A stretch of 64,000 nucleotides of DNA from positions 57,185 to 121,184 of the forward strand of contig JBFMGK010000066.1 of the NCBI GenBank assembly GCA_040752575.1, in the 5' to 3' direction. The notes under the pieces were generated by a model that saw nothing but the letters and a program-made list of their open reading frames with translations, did not search any database and was not told the origin of the DNA. Origin of the DNA: Candidatus Bipolaricaulota bacterium. Lineage in GTDB: Bacteria > Bipolaricaulota > Bipolaricaulia > UBA7950 > UBA9294. The first letter of the stretch is position 1, and every line of letters starts with the position of its first letter. This document shows positions 51,253 through 59,825 of this stretch, piece by piece. Both the position numbers and the translations under genes were made by a program.

Positions 51253-52432
51253 GGGCGCGCTGGCGCAGGCGCGCCATACGACCCGCTCGGTTGCGCGGCC
51301 GACTCGCGAGCGCCTCTTCGTAGACTTCAACCAGACCGCGAACGCCGTTCTGGAGCGACATCCGTTCCGCCGTCGCACGAGCGCCGACGGCGAGCTGTTG
51401 GGTGAGTGCCGGGTTCGTGGCCAGGAACACCGCTCGCTCGGCAAACGCATCTTCCTCTTCGGGGACGAGGAACCCGTTCCACCCGTCCTCGACGACATCG
51501 CGCACACCCATCGCTCGAACGGCAACCGCCGGCGTCCCCGCTGCCATCGCCTCGACGAGGACGAGGCCCTGCGTCTCGGTCTTCGAGGCAAACAGAAACA
51601 CGTCCGACTCGCGGTACAGGTCCACGAGTCGCGGCCGATCGAGGAAGCCCGCGAAACGTACGCTGCCGGAGATGCCAAGTTGCGCGGCGGCGTCCTCAAG
51701 CTGCTTGCGCATCGGCCCGTCCCCGGCAAACACGAGCGTGGCGGCCTCGAGCTGCTCCCGCACGCGAGCAAAGCCGTTGAGCAGAAAGAGCAGATTCTTC
51801 TCGGGCGCGACTCTGCCCGCGTAGAGAAAGAGCGGCGCCGATTCGTCCACTGCGAGAGCGCGGCGCGGCTCCCAGACGGCTTGGCCCTCGTAGTCGCGAA
51901 GATCGGGGCCGAACGGAAGCACGCGAATGGGGCGGCGAACGCCGAACTTGCACAACTCGTCGCGAATCGACGGCGTGGGGACCGTGATGAGCGTGCAGTG
52001 GTTGCACAGAAGCGCGGAGTACCGCTCGGCCGAGCGCACGGACGGCCGAAGCGGACGCGGAATGTAGTGGCGATAGTGGCTGAGGTACGTGTGGTACGTC
52101 TGCACGTGCGGCAGGCCGTGCCGGCGAGCCGCAGCGAACGCCACGTAGGCAAGTGAGAACGGCGTGTGGCTGTGCACAACGTCAAGGAGGGCATACGTTT
52201 TGGCCGCGTCACGGCTGTAGGGCAGTGCCATTCTCGCCGTTCGATAGGCGAACACAGGCCCTGATCGGAATCGGAACACCTGCGCCTCGTCGTCACTCGG
52301 ACCGCCGTATCGCGGCGCATAGACGAACGGCTCATGGCCCATGCGGCCCAGTTCATCTCGCAGGGTCCGCACCACCGTCGTCACGCCTGTGATCTCCGGC
52401 AGGTAAGCGTCGGTGAACAACCCAATCCTCAT
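51239..52432 (-). CDS. Glycosyltransferase family 4 (glycolipid synthase-like)
   Basis: MRIGLFTDAY, GRVAPEKN, ETQGLVLVEAMA. Confidence 0.9.
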   Translation of the reverse strand: MRIGLFTDAYLPEITGVTTVVRTLRDELGRMGHEPFVYAPRYGGPSDDEAQVFRFRSGPVFAYRTARMALPYSRDAAKTYALLDVVHSHTPFSLAYVAFAAARRHGLPHVQTYHTYLSHYRHYIPRPLRPSVRSAERYSALLCNHCTLITVPTPSIRDELCKFGVRRPIRVLPFGPDLRDYEGQAVWEPRRALAVDESAPLFLYAGRVAPEKNLLFLLNGFARVREQLEAATLVFAGDGPMRKQLEDAAAQLGISGSVRFAGFLDRPRLVDLYRESDVFLFASKTETQGLVLVEAMAAGTPAVAVRAMGVRDVVEDGWNGFLVPEEEDAFAERAVFLATNPALTQQLAVGARATAERMSLQNGVRGLVEVYEEALASRPRNRAGRMARLRQRALTRR

Positions 52433-53922
52433 CCAGCCTCCTCTTGCGAGTAGACGAGCGCCCCTCCGACCCAGGTCCTGGCAGCCCTCCGCACGCCGAT
52501 TCCCGTCGCGTCCAGCGGCCCGTCAAGGAGCACGAGGTCGGCAGGATCGCCTTCGGCGATTCGGCCGCCCGACGGCGCGCCGCCGCTGAGGTCCGCGCTC
52601 CCGACCGTGTAGGCATGCACGGCCTCGCCGAGCGTCAGGCGCTGCGCGTCGTGCGGCGCACGAACGGCCGATGATACGCCGTACAGCGGCGAAAGGGGCA
52701 TGCCGTCGGAGCCGAATCCAAGGGGAATCCCCGCATCAAGGACTCGCCGAAAGGGGTTCCCTCTTGCAGCACGCCGCCGCCCCAACGCGGCTTCGTAGAG
52801 CCCGCCGAGTCCACCCCAGTTCCCCACGAAGTTCGGCTGCATGCAAACGCAGAGACCCAGCGTCCGCGTCTCCGAGACCTGCTCCTCGGTGGGAAACTCG
52901 AAGTGCTCGATGCGATGGCGGAGCGCGCCGTCGGTCCGCGCCGCACGGTGAGCCGCGAGGACCTGGCCGATCGCCCGATCGCCGATCGCGTGGGTCAGCG
53001 TCTGCCAGCCATTGCGGTCAGCCGACTCGAGACAGGCAATAAGGCTCGCCCGCCGCAGGTTGAGTCTGCCCCGGCCCCCATCTCGATAGCGCGACACGGC
53101 CGCGTTTTGCGCCCCGATCGAGCCATCGGCGAACAGCTTGACTCCGCCCCATCTTGCCCACTCGTCGCCGCCCCCGGTGACCTCACCCTCGCCAACGAGG
53201 GTCGCCAGTCGATCTGCCGGCGGGTGCACGACAAGGCGCAGGCGAAGCGCAGCCGCCGCGTCGAGGAACCTGCGGGGGTCGACAGCTCCGGACATCACGT
53301 GTGCCGTAGTGATGCCGAGAGCATGACAGCGGCGGGCCGCAGCTCGGAGCGCTTCATCGATCGTCATCGCGTCCGGGCGCGCGAGTTCCCGCACGCGGTC
53401 GACGGCCGTCTCCCGGACGTGGCCCGACGAGGCGTCCACCCACTGCCGGACGTCGTGCAGTGCGGACTCTGCCTCCCGAAGGGCCCGCGCATTGAGCGTT
53501 GCTAGATGGCCGTCGATCCTGATGGCAAGCACCGGGCAATCGACCGTGGCGCGATCCAGATCGTCACGCGTCAGCCGCCGGGAAGGAGTCCACAGGCTCT
53601 CGTCCCATCCGGAGGCCACGACCCATTCGCCCGGTGCACGCCGGCGGCCCGCCGCAGCGAGGCGCTCCAGCGCCTCGTCCCGTTCGCATCCCGAGAGACT
53701 CACGCTGAAGCCGCACTCGACAAGTCCCGAATCGACGAGATGCGTGTGGGCGTCGATGAAACCGGGAAGCAAGCTCGAGCCCCGTGCGTCGAGCTCGAGC
53801 CCCGTGCCCGCCAGATCCTCGCCGCGCCCGATCGCCGCGATTCGCCCCGCGCTGACAACCACGGCGTCGACGTCCGGCGCTCCCCAGACGTCGGCCCCAC
53901 GAATCAACATCCCATCGCCCAC
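52429..53922 (-). CDS. Amidohydrolase (YtcJ-like, amidohydrolase_3)
   Basis: PGFIDAHTH, KLFADGS, HAIGD, RIEH, GSD. Confidence 0.88.
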   Translation of the reverse strand: MGDGMLIRGADVWGAPDVDAVVVSAGRIAAIGRGEDLAGTGLELDARGSSLLPGFIDAHTHLVDSGLVECGFSVSLSGCERDEALERLAAAGRRRAPGEWVVASGWDESLWTPSRRLTRDDLDRATVDCPVLAIRIDGHLATLNARALREAESALHDVRQWVDASSGHVRETAVDRVRELARPDAMTIDEALRAAARRCHALGITTAHVMSGAVDPRRFLDAAAALRLRLVVHPPADRLATLVGEGEVTGGGDEWARWGGVKLFADGSIGAQNAAVSRYRDGGRGRLNLRRASLIACLESADRNGWQTLTHAIGDRAIGQVLAAHRAARTDGALRHRIEHFEFPTEEQVSETRTLGLCVCMQPNFVGNWGGLGGLYEAALGRRRAARGNPFRRVLDAGIPLGFGSDGMPLSPLYGVSSAVRAPHDAQRLTLGEAVHAYTVGSADLSGGAPSGGRIAEGDPADLVLLDGPLDATGIGVRRAARTWVGGALVYSQEEAG

Positions 53923-54041
53923 GGATCCCCCTCTCCACCCGCCCGCTCGTCTCCGCCCGTGAAGTCCATCTCTCCCATTCTAGTCTTGCACGAGCCCCAA
54001 TGTCGCGAAGTTCTTTGGAACCTCGTTTCGAACCATCTGCA

Positions 54042-54069
54042 TGGACACCTCCGCTTCACCCCGTAATCT
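54042..54069 (+). promoter_or_regulatory. Putative promoter of the small RHH-like gene
   Basis: TGGACA-16 nt-TAATCT. Confidence 0.45.
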
Positions 54070-54148
54070 GAACCTGTTCCGTGTTTGTCGGACAAGAGAA
54101 GGGGCGAACACGACTGAATCTCCGATGCAAGAAGAGGGGGTGAGATTC

Positions 54149-54322
54149 GTGCCCAAGAAGGAAATCTACGACAAGCTGTCGATCTACATCCCGCAGAAGA
54201 AGATGGGCGAGAGGCCTGTAGAGCGTCTCATCAAACTCGGCGAGAAGCACGATCGGTCGATCAACTACCTCGTGGTGGACGCCATTCTGCAGTATCTGGA
54301 GCGGGAAGAGAACAAGAGCTAG
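54149..54322 (+). CDS. Small ribbon-helix-helix (Arc/CopG-like) DNA-binding protein, 57 aa
   Basis: KLSIYIP strand, ERLIKLG helix, RSINYLVVDAILQYL helix; GGGGGTG RBS before the GTG. Confidence 0.75.
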   Translation: MPKKEIYDKLSIYIPQKKMGERPVERLIKLGEKHDRSINYLVVDAILQYLEREENKS

Positions 54323-54341
54323 ACGGTTCACGTCGTCGGCA

Positions 54342-54393
54342 GAAGACACGCGGAGCTGTGCCCCCAGGGGAGCATCGCTCCGCGCGTGTCTTC
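54342..54393. terminator. Long hairpin between the convergent RHH and DRTGG genes
   Basis: GAAGACACG/CGTGTCTTC plus CGGAGC/GCTCCG stems; no clear U-tract. Confidence 0.5.
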
Positions 54394-54410
54394 CATGGCC
54401 AGGCTCGCGT

Positions 54411-55457
54411 TCACTTCGCCAGGGAGACAATGGCCCCGACGTCGACGTTTTCGCTGACCAACGACGAGACCCGTTCCAGCCTGCGCGGGTCGTCGGCCGA
54501 GAGCAGGGGCTCGATGTGCTCGACCTGCATCGCGACGGCATACGTGTCTCCGGGAACGAGCAGCAGGGGGACGTGCTGCTCCTCCGCGCGCGAGATCACG
54601 TGAGCCGGGGGCAGGATGTTGTTGGTCAACACGACGGCCGACGTTCCGCCGGCATCGAGAGCCGTCAGAATCATGTCGCTGCGATCGCCGCTGGTAATGA
54701 TGAGCTTGTCGGCAGCGTGGATCATCGTCTCGCCGAGCGCCGCCGCCGCGGACATGGCGCCCACAGCGACTGTCCGGACGGTGTTGGTGAGCCCCGCCTC
54801 CCCGGCGATCACACGTGCGAAGAGCCGCTCCGCGATCAGCGCCACGGTCCGCGTCGCGAGGTCCGGGTCATGGGGAATCACACCATACACGGCAATGCCA
54901 AGCCGCTCGATTTCCGGCAGGTGGATGTCGCGGACGTCCTCGGGATGCAACGCCTTGTTGACGATGACCCCGGCGATCGTGGCCTCATCGGCGCCCACGA
55001 ACCGCTTGACGAACGCGACGTCGTCCGCCATTTCGTCGTCCCCACCTCCGGTCACGAGGACCACCGGCGCTCCGGTCTCTTGCGAGATCGTGAGCGGGTC
55101 AAGGTAGACGGATGACCCGAAGGCGAGGTCCTTCCCGCACTCGATGAGCACGACGTCGCGGTCCGCGCCAACCGCCTGGAGCAGGCGTCGCAGCTCGCCG
55201 AACATGCCCGGCCGGTCGTACATGAACCGGAGTTTCGAGTGATCGAAGCCGATGCTCATCGTTTCCGGTTCCTGTCCCAGCCCCCACAGCCGTGCAAAGA
55301 GAGCCGCATCGTAGTCCCACAAACGCTTCTTGCGGTACAAGAAGCGGTCGCCAAGCGGCTTGACGTACCCGCAGCGGCCCATCGCCCCGGCCAGGCCGAC
55401 AAGAACGCTCGTCTTCCCGGCACCTTCTCGCGTCGACGCCACGATCAGCGACTTCAC
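54411..55457 (-). CDS. BioD-like P-loop + DRTGG domain protein (Pta N-terminal family, no Pta catalytic domain)
   Basis: STREGAGKT, YVKPLG, LIE, GAMS, ITSGDRSD. Confidence 0.88.
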   Translation of the reverse strand: MKSLIVASTREGAGKTSVLVGLAGAMGRCGYVKPLGDRFLYRKKRLWDYDAALFARLWGLGQEPETMSIGFDHSKLRFMYDRPGMFGELRRLLQAVGADRDVVLIECGKDLAFGSSVYLDPLTISQETGAPVVLVTGGGDDEMADDVAFVKRFVGADEATIAGVIVNKALHPEDVRDIHLPEIERLGIAVYGVIPHDPDLATRTVALIAERLFARVIAGEAGLTNTVRTVAVGAMSAAAALGETMIHAADKLIITSGDRSDMILTALDAGGTSAVVLTNNILPPAHVISRAEEQHVPLLLVPGDTYAVAMQVEHIEPLLSADDPRRLERVSSLVSENVDVGAIVSLAK

Positions 55458-57604
55458 GCCGCGTCACCCCCCTGAGTGTTGAACAGGATCCTTACGTCCA
55501 CCGCCTTGACTCCTTCCCCAACGTCGTAGACGACGAGCGGGTTCACCTCGATGTCGCTGATCTCCCGGCACTCGGCAACAAGCTGCGCGACCCGGACGAC
55601 GACCTCGGCTGCGGCGTCGATGTCCTTCCGCCGCTCGCCGCGCACGCCGAGGAGAAGAGGGTACGAACGGATGTCTGCGATCATCTCGCGCGCCCTCGCT
55701 AGACTGACGGGCGCAGCTCGGAAGGCGACGTCCTTCATGACCTCGACGTAGATCCCTCCGAGTCCGAACATCGCGACAGGGCCGAACGAGGGATCCTGAC
55801 GAGCTCCGACGATGGTCTCGACGCCCGACCGAACCATCTCGACCACTTCGATGCCGTCGATGACGGCTGTCGGCTTGTAGCGGGCACAGCTCTGCAGGAT
55901 TGCCTGATAGGCGTCGATCACCTCGTCGGCGTCCTCGAGATCGAGCGCAACGCCGCCGGCGTCGCTTTTGTGGAGAATGTCCCGCGACACGACCTTCATG
56001 ACGACGGGATAACCGATTGCCTCGGCGGCCCGCACCGCCTCGTCGAGGCTGCGGGCGACGGTCGACTGCGGCATCTTGAGGCCGAGCACGGCCGCGACTT
56101 CCGCGGCCTCCGGGGCCAGCAGGAAACTCCGGCCTTCGCTTCCGGCTCGCCGGAGGACGCGCCGCACGGAGTCGACGTCGACGTGCAGGGGGGGCGTCTC
56201 GTCGGGAGCCGCCTGCAGGCGACGCGAAGCGCGGTACAGCGCGCCCAAGACGGAGATCGCCTCGTAGACATCGCCAAACACCGGGATCCCTTCGCGCTGT
56301 AGCTCTCGGATCATCGCGCCAATGCGTTCCCCGCCGAACAGCGCGAGGACCATCGGCTTCACCGCGGCGTATCGGCGGTAGGTCTCGCGAAGCCTCGAGG
56401 CGAACTGGGCCGTATCGAACAGCGCCGTCTCGCAGTACAGCGCAATCGCGGCGTGCATCGCGCCGCAAGCCAAGACGGAGTCCAGCGAACGCGCGTAATC
56501 CTCGCCCGTTGCCTGCCCGGTCAGATCCACAGGATTGCGCGACGACCCAAACTCCGGCATGACCCCCTGAAAGGTTGCCTTGAGAACCGCCTGGTCGTCA
56601 TAGAGCCGAACGCCGTACTTCTCGCAAGCGTCGGTCGCCATGACGCCGATGCCTCCGCCGTTGGTGACGATCACCGCCTCTTCGCCAGGCGGAAGCGGCG
56701 ACGTCGCCAGGAAGCGCACCCAGTTGAATGCCTCTTGCACGCTCTCCGCACGCAGAACTCCGCACTGGCGCATGATGTCGTCAAAGACCTCGTCGGCTCC
56801 GGCGAGCGATCCGGTGTGAGATGCCGCCGCCATGGCCCCGCGCAGGGACCGCCCGGACTTGATGACGACGACGGGCTTCCTCCGCGTCACCGCCTCGAGC
56901 GTCGCTCGGAGCCGCTCGCCGTTCTTGACGCCCTCGATGTAGAGCAGGATGACCCGCGTCTCCGGATCCTCGGCGAGCACCTCGAGGAGGTCCGCCTCGT
57001 CGAGGTCGGCCTTGTTCCCCACAGACACGAGCGCCGACAGGCCGAGCGCTTCGGCCGCGGTCTTGCCGATCATCGCGATTCCCAGCGCACCGCTCTGCGT
57101 TACGATCGCCACGTGCCCCGGGACGATGCCGCCGGGGCCAAACGTCGCGTCCAGCGCACTCGAAGCGGAGTAGATCCCGAAGATGTTCGGCCCGAGGACG
57201 CGCATCCCGTGCTGGTGCGCAAAGGCCACGAGTTCCCGCTCCTCGGCGGCATGCCCGACTTCGGAGAACCCGGACGTCACCACGACCAGGTGCGACACGC
57301 CTTTGGCCGCGCAGGCCTCCGCCGCCGGCAGGACGTACTGGGCGGGCACCGCCAGCACCGCGACGTCCACGGCGCCCGGGACGTCCCGTACGTCGGCATA
57401 GGCCGCGCGCCCGAGAATCTCGCCCCCCTTAGGGTTCACCGGATAGAGTCCGCCGGTGAATCCCGAGTTCACGATGTTCTCGACGATCCGATAGCCGATC
57501 TTCCCCGGATTCGCCGACGCACCGATCACGGCCACCCCGCGCGGGTTGAACAGCCGCCGTACGTCCGCTTGCGCCGGCTTATCCAAACAGCATCTTGAGC
57601 TCAT
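55454..57604 (-). CDS. Acetate/acyl-CoA ligase (ADP-forming), fused alpha-beta
   Basis: VIGAS, GPN, QSGA, GNKAD, ASHTGS, NPVDL, HKSDAGGV, GLGGIYVE, EVNP; start 57604 or TTG 57586. Confidence 0.9.
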   Translation of the reverse strand: MSSRCCLDKPAQADVRRLFNPRGVAVIGASANPGKIGYRIVENIVNSGFTGGLYPVNPKGGEILGRAAYADVRDVPGAVDVAVLAVPAQYVLPAAEACAAKGVSHLVVVTSGFSEVGHAAEERELVAFAHQHGMRVLGPNIFGIYSASSALDATFGPGGIVPGHVAIVTQSGALGIAMIGKTAAEALGLSALVSVGNKADLDEADLLEVLAEDPETRVILLYIEGVKNGERLRATLEAVTRRKPVVVIKSGRSLRGAMAAASHTGSLAGADEVFDDIMRQCGVLRAESVQEAFNWVRFLATSPLPPGEEAVIVTNGGGIGVMATDACEKYGVRLYDDQAVLKATFQGVMPEFGSSRNPVDLTGQATGEDYARSLDSVLACGAMHAAIALYCETALFDTAQFASRLRETYRRYAAVKPMVLALFGGERIGAMIRELQREGIPVFGDVYEAISVLGALYRASRRLQAAPDETPPLHVDVDSVRRVLRRAGSEGRSFLLAPEAAEVAAVLGLKMPQSTVARSLDEAVRAAEAIGYPVVMKVVSRDILHKSDAGGVALDLEDADEVIDAYQAILQSCARYKPTAVIDGIEVVEMVRSGVETIVGARQDPSFGPVAMFGLGGIYVEVMKDVAFRAAPVSLARAREMIADIRSYPLLLGVRGERRKDIDAAAEVVVRVAQLVAECREISDIEVNPLVVYDVGEGVKAVDVRILFNTQGGDAA

Positions 57605-59468
57605 AGACGCCCGCACCCCGCTTCTTCTCGATCGCGAATCCCGCCTTCTCAAACAAGTGCATCATCGCCTGGTTCTCGACCAGGACCTCGGCGCTGAAGC
57701 CGAGCAGTCCCTCGCGCTTCGCGAGGAGGGTCAAGTAGGACAGAAGCTCCGTCCCGACCCCGCGTCCCTGGACATCGTCGCGCACAACGAGGGCCACTTC
57801 GGCCGTGTGCGACGCCGCGTCGATGCCGTATTGGCCCACGCCGACGACGTCCTCGCGCCCTTCGTTCGCTAGAACCGCAAGGATCACAACTTCCGCCGTG
57901 TAGTCGATGACGACGAACTCCTGGAGTCTCTCGTGCGGCATGTCCTTCCGCGAGGAGATGAACCGCTGGTAGATCGACTGGTCGGACAAGGAGTAGAAGA
58001 AGTCCTTGAGCAGCGGCTCGTCACTGATCCGCACCGGCCGGAACAGAACCTCCATGCCCGCCCGTGTCGTGCGGTACGTCTCGAGGTGTTCCGGGTAGTC
58101 GCCGCGCTTGCCCGGCACGTAGGCCTGATCCCGGTACACAAGGTTCCGCGCCTTGGCCTCGCGCAGGAGCCACGGCCGGTACTTCGGATGCGCGACGCGG
58201 ATCAGTTCCATCGCGCGCTCGCGCATATTCTTCCCGTGGATATACGCGATGCCGTATTCAGTCACGACGTAATGCACATCACCCCGAGTGAGCGTGACGC
58301 CGGCACCCTCCGCAAGAACAGGCACGATACGCGACACCTCCCCGTGTCGCGCCGTCGACTCAATGACGAGAATGGACTTCCCCTCGGGGGCGAGAACCGC
58401 GCCGCGCATGAAGTCGGCCTGGCCGCCGATGCCGCTGTAGAAACCTCCGCTGATCGACTCCGCCGTCGCCTGCCCTGTGAGATCGATCTCCAGCGCCGTG
58501 TTGATCGCCGTCATTCCCCGGATCTGCGAGATCACCCTCGGGTTGTTCGTGTAGTCCACCGGACGGAACGACACTGCTGGATTGTCATCGAGGAAGGCAT
58601 ACGTCGAGCCGCTGCCCATCGAGAACGACGCAACGGACTTGTGGCGATCGATCGTCTTCTGCGTATTGTCGACGACGCCCGCCTTCATGAGTCCGACGAT
58701 GCCGCCCGACAGAAGCTCGGTGTGGACCCCGAGGTGCCGCTTCCCCGAGAGGTGGGAGAGAATCGCGTCAGGAATCCGGCCGTAGCCCACCTGAATCGTT
58801 GCCCCATCCCGCACAAGGCGGGCGACGTAGCCCCCAATACGGTCCGCGATCTCATCGGGGACGGCGGTCTCGTACTCAAGCAGCGGTTCGTCGTGCTCGA
58901 GCAGGAAGTCGACGTCGTCGACGTGAACGAAGCTCTCCCCGTGCGTTCGCGGCATGAAGCGGTTGACCTGCGCGATGACGGTGCGCGCGGTGTCCGTCGC
59001 TGCCCTGACGATGTCCACGCTCACCCCCAGGCTCATGAATCCGTGCTCATCGGGCGGCGACGTCTGGATGAGCGCCACATCGATCGGGATGACGCCTCTC
59101 AAGAAGAGCTCGGGAACTTGGGACAGGAAGATCGCCGTGTAGTCAGCCGCTCCCTCGTTGACCGCTTCGCGTGTCGACACGCCGATGAAGAAGGAGTCCA
59201 GCCGGAAGTTCCGCTTGACCTCCTCGCGAAGATAGGGCGCGATTCCAAGCGTCCAGACGTGCACGACCTCGGCGTCGAAGAAGGCCTTCGGGTGGGACTT
59301 TACGAACTGGACCATGGCGTCGACCAGGTACTGCGGCTGCCCGCACCCTGTCCCGATGAAAATCCTGTCGCCGCGGTGAATGGAGCCAAACGCCCGTTCC
59401 GGAGAGCCAAACTTCTCGGGCGCTTCTCGCCGGAAGCGTTCCAGCGTTTCGGCAACCTTGTCCGTCAT
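57579..59468 (-). CDS. Acetyl-CoA hydrolase/CoA-transferase fused to a C-terminal GNAT acetyltransferase
   Basis: HLGVHTE, GIGGQADFMRGA, VVTEYG; GNAT AEVALVVRDDVQGRGVG, ENQAM; start 59468 (frame open to 59552). Confidence 0.88.
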   Translation of the reverse strand: MTDKVAETLERFRREAPEKFGSPERAFGSIHRGDRIFIGTGCGQPQYLVDAMVQFVKSHPKAFFDAEVVHVWTLGIAPYLREEVKRNFRLDSFFIGVSTREAVNEGAADYTAIFLSQVPELFLRGVIPIDVALIQTSPPDEHGFMSLGVSVDIVRAATDTARTVIAQVNRFMPRTHGESFVHVDDVDFLLEHDEPLLEYETAVPDEIADRIGGYVARLVRDGATIQVGYGRIPDAILSHLSGKRHLGVHTELLSGGIVGLMKAGVVDNTQKTIDRHKSVASFSMGSGSTYAFLDDNPAVSFRPVDYTNNPRVISQIRGMTAINTALEIDLTGQATAESISGGFYSGIGGQADFMRGAVLAPEGKSILVIESTARHGEVSRIVPVLAEGAGVTLTRGDVHYVVTEYGIAYIHGKNMRERAMELIRVAHPKYRPWLLREAKARNLVYRDQAYVPGKRGDYPEHLETYRTTRAGMEVLFRPVRISDEPLLKDFFYSLSDQSIYQRFISSRKDMPHERLQEFVVIDYTAEVVILAVLANEGREDVVGVGQYGIDAASHTAEVALVVRDDVQGRGVGTELLSYLTLLAKREGLLGFSAEVLVENQAMMHLFEKAGFAIEKKRGAGVYELKMLFG

Positions 59469-59577
59469 GTCTGCGGGACGCCCCGCACCCCCCATTCGGC
59501 CCCGATCCGCGTGGGCGGAACCGCCCGATTCTGCGTCGTCGGGCGTAGTCACGCAAGGGACTTGTCAGGAAGTGCAG

Positions 59578-59808
59578 GGCGCAGCGGGCTCGACTCACCC
59601 TCGCTCGCGAGCCTCGCGTTCTACGGAACGCGGCGCTCGTCTCGAGTCGGTCCCCGCTGCGCCGGCAAGGAGGTGCTGCGCGGTGGGTTCGCCATCCGTC
59701 GCCTCCGACCCACCCGGAGTCCGTCGGGCGATGTGATGGACGTTACCCACGAACAGCATGGTCCCTCGGCGCGGCGCGGCCTGGTCGCCTGTCCCATGCC
59801 GCGGGGAC
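59578..59808 (+). ncRNA. Candidate structured non-coding element (three hairpins), family unknown
   Basis: Manual folding gives ~32-bp and ~30-bp rods and a third hairpin; G-U pairs and a cUACGg loop favour the plus strand. Confidence 0.45.
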
Positions 59809-59825
59809 TTCCGTCACCTCGCTCT

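Noticed and set aside
50722..52356. 544-aa minus-strand and 407-aa plus-strand ORFs
   Set aside because: Off-frame or antisense overlaps of the GT4 gene and glmS; Arg/Ser-rich composition typical of non-coding frames
54018..54029. LexA (GAAC-N4-GTTC) box
   Set aside because: One mismatch (GAACCTCGTTTC), and no similar box seen before the repair genes in the window
59553..59825. Identification of the hairpin element as SRP RNA, RNase P, tmRNA, 6S RNA or an attC site
   Set aside because: No SRP helix-8 motif, no complete P4 signature (only GGAAGTCC), no tRNA-like ends, not a single rod with a central bubble, no AAC/GTT boxes
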